From Porphyromonadaceae bacterium (lineage in GTDB: Bacteria > Bacteroidota > Bacteroidia > Bacteroidales > UBA12481), in the NCBI GenBank assembly GCA_007280905.1, contig QYQM01000001.1:37037-101036 (forward strand): a stretch of DNA of 64,000 nt, read 5' to 3'. Positions within the stretch are counted from its first letter, which is position 1, and every line of letters starts with the position of its first letter. The notes below the pieces were generated by a model. The model was not told the DNA's origin, did not search any database, and saw only the letters and a list, made by a program, of their open reading frames with translations. Below are positions 9,345-17,140 of this stretch, piece by piece. Made by a program: the position numbers and the translations under genes.

Positions 9345-10307
9345 ATGGGCATATTCAGTTGGTTTTCGGCAGATAAGAAAAAGAACCTCGATCAGGGCCT
9401 TGCCCAAACCAAAGAGAGTGTTCTCAAGAAACTGACCCGCGTTATTGCCGGAAAGAGCAAGGTTGATGATGAGGTACTGGATAACCTCGAAGAGGTGCTG
9501 ATTTCCTCTGATGTAGGAGTAACCACAACCGTAAGGATTATTGATCGCATCCAAAAGCGGGCAGCGCGTGACAAATACATGAGTACCGATGAACTGAACC
9601 GGATACTTAAAGAAGAGATCGGTGCACTCTTATCAGAAAATAATAACGTGGATCAGGAGGATCTTCCATTTCCTGAAACAGGTGGCCCCTATGTTATCAT
9701 GGTTGTCGGAGTTAATGGTGTTGGAAAAACCACAACGATCGGTAAACTGGCTTACCAATATAAAAGCAGGGGTAAAAAGGTTCTGCTTGGAGCAGCCGAT
9801 ACTTTCCGCGCAGCTGCAATCGAACAACTGGAAATTTGGGCTCAACGTGCCGGTGTTCCATTGATCAAGCAGAAAATGGGAGCGGATCCTGCATCGGTTG
9901 CATTCGACACCTTGCATTCAGCTGTTGCACAGCAATCTGATGTGGTGATCATCGATACGGCAGGAAGGCTCCATAACAAAATCAACCTGATGAACGAGCT
10001 TACCAAAATTCGCAGCGTGATGAAAAAGGTGATTCCCGATGCACCCCATGAAGTGCTTTTGGTGCTTGACGGATCTACCGGTCAGAACGCTTTCGAACAG
10101 GCAAAACAATTCACAGCAGCAACCGAAGTCACAGCCCTGGCACTTACCAAATTGGATGGAACGGCCAAAGGCGGTGTCGTAATCGGTATCAGCGATCAAT
10201 TTAAAATACCAGTCAGATATATTGGTATTGGCGAGAAGATAGAAGACCTTCAGGTTTTTAACAAAACTGCGTTCATCGATTCCCTTTTTGGGCCAGATGC
10301 TTCTTAA
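9345..10307 (+). CDS. ftsY: Signal recognition particle receptor FtsY
   Basis: 320 aa with SRP-GTPase motifs GVNGVGKTTTIGKLA, DTAGR and TKLDGTAKGG. Confidence 0.95.
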   Translation: MGIFSWFSADKKKNLDQGLAQTKESVLKKLTRVIAGKSKVDDEVLDNLEEVLISSDVGVTTTVRIIDRIQKRAARDKYMSTDELNRILKEEIGALLSENNNVDQEDLPFPETGGPYVIMVVGVNGVGKTTTIGKLAYQYKSRGKKVLLGAADTFRAAAIEQLEIWAQRAGVPLIKQKMGADPASVAFDTLHSAVAQQSDVVIIDTAGRLHNKINLMNELTKIRSVMKKVIPDAPHEVLLVLDGSTGQNAFEQAKQFTAATEVTALALTKLDGTAKGGVVIGISDQFKIPVRYIGIGEKIEDLQVFNKTAFIDSLFGPDAS

Positions 10308-10346
10308 CACGCAAATGTTAACCCGCAACTCCTAATTTTTACTCTC

Positions 10347-11642
10347 GTGCGCGTTGACATCATTAATCTCGGCTGCTCAAAAAATCTCGTGGATTCAGAA
10401 AAACTTCTGAGCCAATTGCGTGCCCAGGGGATAAAAACCAGGCTTGATCCCGGTCGAGTGAATGCTGATGTTCTGATTATCAATACATGCGGATTTATCC
10501 TCGATGCTAAGGAAGAATCAGTCAATACCATCCTCCAGGCCATCGAGGCTAAAAAGAACGGCCAGATCACGAAAATCTATGCAATGGGTTGCCTCATACA
10601 GCGTTACCGAAATGAATTGGTACCTGAGATGCCTGAAGTGGATGCCTGGTTTGGTATTGAACAAATCCCTGACATTGTTACCTCCCTCAACCTGGCCTTT
10701 CATCCGGAAATCCTTAACCAGCGTGTTTCTTCGACTCCTCCGCATTATGCTTATCTGAAGGTCTCAGAAGGTTGCAGCCGGAATTGCTCATTTTGTGCCA
10801 TCCCTGATATCAGGGGAAAACATGTGTCCAGAAAAATGGAGGATATTCTGGAAGAAGCATCCTGGCTGGCAAAGAAAGGGGTGAGGGAACTGCTCCTTAT
10901 CGCACAGGATCTCTCCTATTATGGACGTGATCTGTACAGGAAGAGCATGCTGGTACCCCTGCTGACCAGGCTTTCCCGCATTGAAGGCATCACCTGGATC
11001 AGACTGCATTATGCCTATCCGGAAAGTTTTCCTTCAGGACTGCTCGATCTGATGCAGTCGAACGATAAAATCTGTAACTATCTTGATATTCCCTTTCAGC
11101 ATATCAGCGACAGAATGCTGAAGATGATGAACCGGGGCTACAGTAAGGCTGACACTTACAATCTGATCCGCGAAATCCGGGTTAAAATACCGGATGCAGC
11201 TATCCGGACCACCTTCCTCGTTGGACATCCCGGAGAAACCGGGGAGGATTTTATGGAACTGCTGGATTTTATCAGAGAAGCCAGATTTGAACGGCTGGGA
11301 GTTTTTACCTATTCGCCGGAAGAAGGAACCCGATCAGGCGACCTTTTCCCTGATGATGTTTCGGAAGAGATCAAACAGGAAAGATATTCCCGGATCATGG
11401 AATTGCAGCAGCAGATTTCAGCAGATATTAACCATTCGCGTATCGGACAGGAATTCCAGGTAATTATTGATCGGGTTGATGGTGAGTTTCATGTGGGACG
11501 TTCACAATTTGATTCACCTGAAGTGGATCAGGAAATTCTGATCCCATTATCATCCGGCAAAGCTAATCCCGGTGAATTCCATCAGGTTATAATAACTAAA
11601 GCTGATGATTACGATCTTTACGCCAATCTTATCCTATCTTAA
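10347..11642 (+). CDS. rimO: Ribosomal protein S12 methylthiotransferase RimO
   Basis: 431 aa with N-terminal LGCSKN, radical-SAM CSRNCSFCAIP, and a C-terminal TRAM-like region. GTG start. Confidence 0.9.
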   Translation: MRVDIINLGCSKNLVDSEKLLSQLRAQGIKTRLDPGRVNADVLIINTCGFILDAKEESVNTILQAIEAKKNGQITKIYAMGCLIQRYRNELVPEMPEVDAWFGIEQIPDIVTSLNLAFHPEILNQRVSSTPPHYAYLKVSEGCSRNCSFCAIPDIRGKHVSRKMEDILEEASWLAKKGVRELLLIAQDLSYYGRDLYRKSMLVPLLTRLSRIEGITWIRLHYAYPESFPSGLLDLMQSNDKICNYLDIPFQHISDRMLKMMNRGYSKADTYNLIREIRVKIPDAAIRTTFLVGHPGETGEDFMELLDFIREARFERLGVFTYSPEEGTRSGDLFPDDVSEEIKQERYSRIMELQQQISADINHSRIGQEFQVIIDRVDGEFHVGRSQFDSPEVDQEILIPLSSGKANPGEFHQVIITKADDYDLYANLILS

Positions 11643-11711
11643 CGTCTTCTTAACGTCTCTTTTCGTCTTTTTTCTTGTTCTTGTCTTATAGTCTTCTCGT
11701 CTTAAAGTCTG
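11643..11711 (+). repeat. Polypyrimidine spacer with CGTCT/GTCTT direct repeats
   Basis: GTCT occurs at 11644, 11655, 11665, 11683, 11691, 11699 and 11707. The first three (TAACGTCTTCT / TAACGTCTCTT / TTTCGTCTTTT) are spaced 11 and 10 bp apart. Confidence 0.6.
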
Positions 11712-11719
11712 CTTTTTTT

Positions 11720-12142
11720 ATGTATACCTGCGACATCCACCAACGTATCCGCTACGGAGAAACCGATCAGATGGGATATGTCTACTATGGCCGCTATGCA
11801 GAGTTTTATGAAATCGGAAGAACCGAGTTAATCAGGTTACTGGGAATGACTTACCGCGATCTTGAATCCCAGGGAATCCTTTTGCCGGTTGTAAAGATGG
11901 TCGCAAGATATTACAGGCCGGCTGCCTATGATGAATTGATTACCATCCGTACGATATTACGTTCACTGCCAACAGCCAGGATTACCTTTTTTTATGAAAT
12001 ATATAACGAAGCTGGTGATTTGATCAATGAGGCTGAATGTCAGCTTGTTTTTACCGATTCTGCAACCAGGAAGCCGGTGCGGCCTCCTAAAGATTTGCTT
12101 GACGCTTTAAAACCTTTCTTTACCAGCCGGGTTAATAGTTAA
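11720..12142 (+). CDS. Acyl-CoA thioesterase, 4HBT/YbgC family
   Basis: RIRYGETDQMGYVYYGRYAEFYEIGRTELIR is typical of hotdog-fold thioesterases. I prefer the ATG at 11720 over the track's TTG at 11675. Confidence 0.8.
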   Translation: MYTCDIHQRIRYGETDQMGYVYYGRYAEFYEIGRTELIRLLGMTYRDLESQGILLPVVKMVARYYRPAAYDELITIRTILRSLPTARITFFYEIYNEAGDLINEAECQLVFTDSATRKPVRPPKDLLDALKPFFTSRVNS

Positions 12143-12155
12143 AGTGATTTTCAAT

Positions 12156-14531
12156 ATGAAAAAGATTGCATTTTCTTCCCTGCTGATAGTTTTTTCACTG
12201 TCCTTACAGGCGCAGCGTTATACCATCAGAGGAACAGTGGAAGATAACCTGACCGGGGAAAAACTGATCAGTTCCAATGTATATGATGCCATGTCACTCA
12301 AAGGGATCACTACCAATGCGTTTGGTTTCTATAGCCTAACATTTCCGGCAGGGATAGTTAAACTGACTGTCTCCTATATCGGATACCAAACGGTTGTTCT
12401 GGATTTAAATCTGCGCCAGGATACCCTGATAAATATTCGTCTCTCGCCGGTTATCAATCTGGATGAAGTTGTTATTTCGGCCGAAAGGGCCAAGTCGGCT
12501 GTTTTAAGCACCCAGATGAGTATGACTGAACTAAGTGCAAAATCCATCAAAAGTCTGCCCATGCTTCTCGGAGAGGTCGATGTTTTGAAAGCTTTGCAGC
12601 TTTTACCCGGGGTGAAGGGTGGAAACGAAGGTACAAGCGGAATTTACGTGAGGGGTGGGGGACCTGATCAAAACCTTATTCTGCTCGATGGAGTCCCGGT
12701 TTATAATGCAAATCACCTGTTTGGTTTTTTTTCAGTGTTTAACCCCGATGCCATCCAAAGCGTAAAACTCATAACAGGCGGATTTCCTGCCCGTTATGGT
12801 GGCCGTCTATCCTCAGTTCTTGATATTCGCATGCGTGATGGTAACAATAAGAAATTCAGCGCGGAAGGCAGTGTCGGTATTATTGCCAGCAAACTTACCA
12901 TTGAAGGCCCGATCATAAAGGATAAAACGTCTTTTATTGTATCAGGCCGGCGAACTTACATTGATGTGCTTGCACAGCCGCTGATTAAATTGCAGGCAAA
13001 AGGCAGCAATAGCAATATCAACGCCGGGTATTACTTTTACGATCTGAATGCCAAGATAAACCATAAATTCTCGGATAAAAGCCGCCTCTTTCTGAGTGCT
13101 TATTCAGGCCGGGATAAGGCCTATTTTTGGACCGTGGATAAAGGAGATAAGCAGGGTGTAAACTTTCGATCTGAAGCTGATGCCGGACTTGGCTGGGGCA
13201 ATCTCACTGCTGCAGTGCGCTGGAATTATGTCATCACACCAAAGTTGTTCAGCAATACAACATTAACCTATAGCCGGTACAATTTCGTAACCTCGATGAT
13301 GAATCAACAAGTTAATAATGATACCCTTACCTATAAGTTTCAATATATATACGATACGGGAATCATTGACTGGGCCGGCAAAATTGATTTTGAATACCTC
13401 CCCGATCCAAATCATACCATCCGTTTCGGATATAATCAGATATACCACATTTTCAAACCAGGTGTGAGCGTGTTGTCGATGCAGGGCGGGAATAATTTCG
13501 GAATTGATACCACCTTCGGAAATAAAGACATTTACGCGCATGAAGGTGCTTTGTTTGTGGAAGATGACTGGACTATTTCACCCCGGCTGAAAGCCAATAT
13601 CGGCTTGCATTTTTCTGGTTTTAAAGTACAGGATTCGACCTATACCTCTCTGCAGCCCAGGATCTCAGCAAGGTTTCTCGTGAATGAAAAGGTTTCGATA
13701 AAGGCTGCTTTTACCACCATGAGCCAGTATATTCATCTCCTGACCAACTCAACCATCGGACTGCCAACCGATTTATGGCTTCCTTCAACGGAAAAAATCA
13801 AACCCGAAAGAGCCACTCAATATGCTTTAGGTGTGGTTTATGAGCCCGCTGACGGCATTGGGATCAGTGTGGAAGGTTATTATAAATCGATGAAAAACCT
13901 GATCGAATACAAAGAGGGCGCAAGTTTCTTCTCCTTCACCAATGACTGGCAGGATAAAATCGAAATCGGGGAAGGCAGGGCCTACGGTGTTGAAATCCTC
14001 GCAAGAAAACAACTGGGAAAAACTTCCGGATGGATTGGGTACACCCTTTCCTGGAGTGACCGGAAATTCGAAAATATCAGCTTCGGTGAATGGTTCCCTT
14101 ACCGGTATGACCGCCGTCATGACGTATCGTTTGTTCTGAACCAGAAAATTTCCGATAACATCGATTTAGGGATTACCTGGGTTTATGGTACGGGGAATGC
14201 GGTCACGCTTCCCCTTGAAAAATATGCATCACTTGCAAGTATATGGTCAGAGTATCGTTATTTTAACGGGATCGAGGCTTTTGACAACCGGAATTCCTAC
14301 CGGATGCCTGCCTACCATAGGCTCGACATCGGTATCAACTTTAAAAAAGATACCAAATGGGGCGAGAGCGTCTGGTCAATAGGTGCATATAATGTCTATA
14401 ACCGCAAGAATGCTTTTTATCTCCAATTCAGCCAGCAATATATGGCCGACGGATCTTCTAAAACGGTTCTTAAGCAGTATTCGCTTTTCCCGATAATACC
14501 ATCTATCAGTTACAGCTTTAAGATTAAGTAA
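12156..14531 (+). CDS. TonB-dependent outer-membrane receptor with N-terminal carboxypeptidase-regulatory-like domain
   Basis: Signal MKKIAFSSLLIVFSLSLQAQ, then the CarboxypepD_reg-like RGTVEDNLTGEKLISSNVY...YIGYQ. It also has a plug region (DVLKALQLLPGV, GIYVRGGGPDQN) and a long beta-barrel. Confidence 0.85.
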   Translation: MKKIAFSSLLIVFSLSLQAQRYTIRGTVEDNLTGEKLISSNVYDAMSLKGITTNAFGFYSLTFPAGIVKLTVSYIGYQTVVLDLNLRQDTLINIRLSPVINLDEVVISAERAKSAVLSTQMSMTELSAKSIKSLPMLLGEVDVLKALQLLPGVKGGNEGTSGIYVRGGGPDQNLILLDGVPVYNANHLFGFFSVFNPDAIQSVKLITGGFPARYGGRLSSVLDIRMRDGNNKKFSAEGSVGIIASKLTIEGPIIKDKTSFIVSGRRTYIDVLAQPLIKLQAKGSNSNINAGYYFYDLNAKINHKFSDKSRLFLSAYSGRDKAYFWTVDKGDKQGVNFRSEADAGLGWGNLTAAVRWNYVITPKLFSNTTLTYSRYNFVTSMMNQQVNNDTLTYKFQYIYDTGIIDWAGKIDFEYLPDPNHTIRFGYNQIYHIFKPGVSVLSMQGGNNFGIDTTFGNKDIYAHEGALFVEDDWTISPRLKANIGLHFSGFKVQDSTYTSLQPRISARFLVNEKVSIKAAFTTMSQYIHLLTNSTIGLPTDLWLPSTEKIKPERATQYALGVVYEPADGIGISVEGYYKSMKNLIEYKEGASFFSFTNDWQDKIEIGEGRAYGVEILARKQLGKTSGWIGYTLSWSDRKFENISFGEWFPYRYDRRHDVSFVLNQKISDNIDLGITWVYGTGNAVTLPLEKYASLASIWSEYRYFNGIEAFDNRNSYRMPAYHRLDIGINFKKDTKWGESVWSIGAYNVYNRKNAFYLQFSQQYMADGSSKTVLKQYSLFPIIPSISYSFKIK

Positions 14532-14532
14532 A

Positions 14533-15462
14533 ATGAAAAAATATCCAACCCGATACCGACTGCAACTGGCCGCAATCCTGGCAGTTTTTGGATTAGTATC
14601 CTGCGAAAAGATCATCGATATTTCTATTCCTGATAAAGAACGGAAAATTGTGGTTAACGGGTTGATCAGTCCTAATCATCAGGTTAGGGTCAACCTTAGC
14701 AGGAGCTTGTCCGTTCTGGAAAATGACAGCCTTATTTCCATCACCGGCGGTGATGTCAGTCTTTTTCATGGTACCGATCTGATCGGAAAATTTCAGGAAG
14801 AAACCGGGGGGTATTATTCTTTGCCGGATTTCAAACCCCAGGTTGGCCAAACTTACCGGTTAACCGCCTCATACGATGGTCTGAATCCGGTGGAAGCCAA
14901 TGCAATTTTACCGCCACTGGTACCTATAGTCTCTGTTGATACTGCAACGCTTATAGGCGAATGGGGGCAGCAGGAACTACGTCTCTCAGTAAAATTCAAT
15001 GATCCTGCAGGAGTGCATAATGTTTACGGATTTGGTGTTGACGTTACCTACAAAGAGTTTGATTATGGCACCATGACGTATACCGGTAAAAAACTATCCC
15101 ATCCTTCTTACATTTTCGGTAATTCGGATAAATTTCTGAAGGATGAATCCACTAATTTCGAGGGAAAACTCTTTTTCGAGGATTTGTTGTTTGACGGGCT
15201 GATGAAGACCGTTGAATTTGGTATCACCGACTATTCATTTTTTGAGTCTGATACGGTCTGGCTGGATGTTAAAATGGAACAGATTGATCCGTCTTATTAT
15301 CTATACGTGCTGAGTTATGACGCTTATCAGCAGGCACATGGAAATCCATTTTCCGAACCGGTTCAGGTTTACACGAATGTTAAAGGCGGGTTTGGTATTT
15401 TCTCTGGCTCCTCATCGGCCAGTTTTTCGATAATTACCAGCGGGATGAGGAAATTCGAGTGA
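14533..15462 (+). CDS. DUF4249-like lipoprotein (usual partner of this receptor class)
   Basis: 309 aa with lipobox GLVSC, starting 1 nt after the receptor stop. Family assignment is from memory of the N-terminal pattern (IDISIPDKERKIVVNGLISP). Confidence 0.7.
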   Translation: MKKYPTRYRLQLAAILAVFGLVSCEKIIDISIPDKERKIVVNGLISPNHQVRVNLSRSLSVLENDSLISITGGDVSLFHGTDLIGKFQEETGGYYSLPDFKPQVGQTYRLTASYDGLNPVEANAILPPLVPIVSVDTATLIGEWGQQELRLSVKFNDPAGVHNVYGFGVDVTYKEFDYGTMTYTGKKLSHPSYIFGNSDKFLKDESTNFEGKLFFEDLLFDGLMKTVEFGITDYSFFESDTVWLDVKMEQIDPSYYLYVLSYDAYQQAHGNPFSEPVQVYTNVKGGFGIFSGSSSASFSIITSGMRKFE

Positions 15463-15477
15463 AATGTTAATTTCTAT

Positions 15478-15502
15478 GTAACAAGAAGCGGCCAGATTCG
15501 TC
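15478..15502 (+). promoter_or_regulatory. Putative ECF-type promoter (GTAAC-N16-CGTC) upstream of the ECF sigma gene
   Basis: tGTAACaagaagcggccagattCGTCTAtaagATG. The AAC / CGT elements with a 16-nt spacer match the general ECF -35/-10 architecture. The motif ends 6 nt before the ATG at 15509. Confidence 0.4.
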
Positions 15503-15508
15503 TATAAG

Positions 15509-16057
15509 ATGATGACAGCACAAGAATTCAACGAAAAAGTCGTTCCATTAAACCGGCAGCTTTACCGGTACGCTTTCCGTTACCTGGAGAACCAGGAGGA
15601 TTCAAAAGATGCTGTTCAGGATATCTTTGTAAAACTTTGGAACTTAAGATCTGAACTTGTCACGGTCAATAGTATCGAGGCATTTTCAATCAGGGTAATG
15701 CGAAATTATTGTCTCGATAGGATTAAGCTGAGAAAAACGGTCAGCCTGGATGTGAACGAGTATTTTAGCAACCGGCCAGGAAATGAGCCTGCACCGGACC
15801 GCCACCTCGAAGTCAATAATTCTGTTGATATTGTCCGAAATGCCATTACAGACATGCAGGAACCTCAGCGATCTGTAGTGCGGATGAGAGATATTGAGGG
15901 TTATTCAAATGAGGAAATAGCAGAAGCTCTGGGTATTGCGGATGGAACAGTTCGCGTAATTTTATCACGTGGAAGGAATAAGATCAGGCAAATCCTGGCT
16001 AAAATGTATGGATATGAAAACGAACGGAGTAAAAATCTTATTGCAGAAATACTATGA
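15509..16057 (+). CDS. RNA polymerase ECF sigma factor (sigma-70 family)
   Basis: 182 aa with region 2 (DAVQDIFVKLW) and region 4 (YSNEEIAEALGIADGTVRVILSRGRNKI). Confidence 0.9.
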   Translation: MMTAQEFNEKVVPLNRQLYRYAFRYLENQEDSKDAVQDIFVKLWNLRSELVTVNSIEAFSIRVMRNYCLDRIKLRKTVSLDVNEYFSNRPGNEPAPDRHLEVNNSVDIVRNAITDMQEPQRSVVRMRDIEGYSNEEIAEALGIADGTVRVILSRGRNKIRQILAKMYGYENERSKNLIAEIL

Positions 16058-16553
16058 CGGATTGACTTCCTCCAGGGAAGAGTCCGATCTTGAAGAGTAT
16101 TTCCTGAATGGTCAGGTTGATCCGGAATTGGAGGCTGATAAACTTCATTTCCTGGCTGTTGCAGCTATGAGAGACGTAGAAATACCTGTACCTGACGATT
16201 TGGAGGCTTCTGTCCTGAATACTCTGAAAGAGGCACAAAAAGATCGGGTGCACGGCCACCGGAGAATTATGTATTTAGCTTTCAGCGTTGCAGCTGGTCT
16301 GCTCATGATGGTTTCAACATTCATTTTCCTTTCAAGGCAGAATCAAACCCAGTATATCAGTGATCCGAAAATTGCCTATGCTGAATCACGTGAGGCCCTC
16401 GAAATGGTTTCAAAATTCTTCAATGAAGGTACTTCCCAGCTATCTGGCCTGAGCAGGATCAACCAGGCGGTTGAGCCTCTACAGAAATTGAACTCATTGG
16501 ATAAGGCTGCAAAAAGTTTGTCAATATTGGGAAAACTGCAAAATCAAAAGTAA
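16008..16553 (+). CDS. Putative anti-sigma / single-pass membrane protein
   Basis: Start at MDMKTNGVKILLQKYYDGLTSSREESDLEEYF, with one TM (IMYLAFSVAAGLLMMVSTFIFL). It overlaps the sigma gene 3' end by about 44-50 nt in another frame. Position and N-terminal pattern resemble Bacteroidota anti-sigma partners. Confidence 0.6.
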   Translation: MDMKTNGVKILLQKYYDGLTSSREESDLEEYFLNGQVDPELEADKLHFLAVAAMRDVEIPVPDDLEASVLNTLKEAQKDRVHGHRRIMYLAFSVAAGLLMMVSTFIFLSRQNQTQYISDPKIAYAESREALEMVSKFFNEGTSQLSGLSRINQAVEPLQKLNSLDKAAKSLSILGKLQNQK

Positions 16554-16563
16554 ATCAAGAATC

Positions 16564-17076
16564 ATGAAAAAATATTTCATCCTGATAATATTATTCTGTA
16601 TGACAGCGAGCCTGTCTGCGCAGAATAAGGCTATTGAACAACTATTTCAGAAATATTCCGATAAGGAAGGATTCACCTCAGTAGTCATTACAAAAAACAT
16701 GTTTCAGCTTTTTGCCAATGTTGATAACCCAAACAATGACGATTTTTTAAGAACAGTTAAAAATCTGGAATTCATTAAAATATTATCCATCAAAGGGGAG
16801 AACGACGGCAAAGCTTTTTATCAGGATATACAGGCAGCAATCCCCGAAAAGGATTATAAGGAATTAATGACCATCAAGGAGACCGGCAATCAGGTTAAAT
16901 TCCTGACCCTTGAGAAAGACGGGGTTATCAAAGAACTCATCATGATCAGCGGTGGCAAGGAAGAGAGCACGATGATCTGGATGGCAGGAATTATTGACAT
17001 GAAGACTGTGGCTAAAATTGCCCAGGGAATGCAGATTAACGGTATGGAAAACCTGGAGAAGGTGGAAAAAAAGTAG
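16564..17076 (+). CDS. DUF4252-like secreted protein
   Basis: 170 aa with a signal ending SLSAQ and the pattern IEQLFQKYSDKEGFTSVVITKNMFQL. Family commonly follows ECF/anti-sigma pairs in Bacteroidota (from memory). Confidence 0.7.
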   Translation: MKKYFILIILFCMTASLSAQNKAIEQLFQKYSDKEGFTSVVITKNMFQLFANVDNPNNDDFLRTVKNLEFIKILSIKGENDGKAFYQDIQAAIPEKDYKELMTIKETGNQVKFLTLEKDGVIKELIMISGGKEESTMIWMAGIIDMKTVAKIAQGMQINGMENLEKVEKK

Positions 17077-17098
17077 AGACGCATACTTGCGTCTTTAC
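17073..17098 (+). promoter_or_regulatory. Palindrome 1 (GTAGAGACGCA-TACT-TGCGTCTTTAC) overlapping the DUF4252 stop codon
   Basis: 11-bp arms with one mismatch. The core AGACGCA-N4-TGCGTCT is identical to palindrome 2. The T-run is weak (TTTACCC), so it is not a clear intrinsic terminator. Confidence 0.5.
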
Positions 17099-17122
17099 CC
17101 AACCTTTCGCGGTATGTCGGCC

Positions 17123-17140
17123 AGACGCAAATATGCGTCT
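17123..17140 (+). promoter_or_regulatory. Palindrome 2 (AGACGCA-AATA-TGCGTCT) covering the ATG at 17133
   Basis: Perfect 7-bp arms. The annotated ATG (17133-17135) spans the loop/3' arm junction. Centre-to-centre distance to palindrome 1 is 46 bp. Confidence 0.5.

Noticed and set aside
15969-16007. Upstream extension of the anti-sigma ORF (track start MEGIRSGKSWLKC...)
   Set aside because: The track start is a non-ATG codon deep inside the sigma gene. The conserved-looking N-terminus begins at MDMKTNGVKILLQKYY, so I moved the start to 16008.
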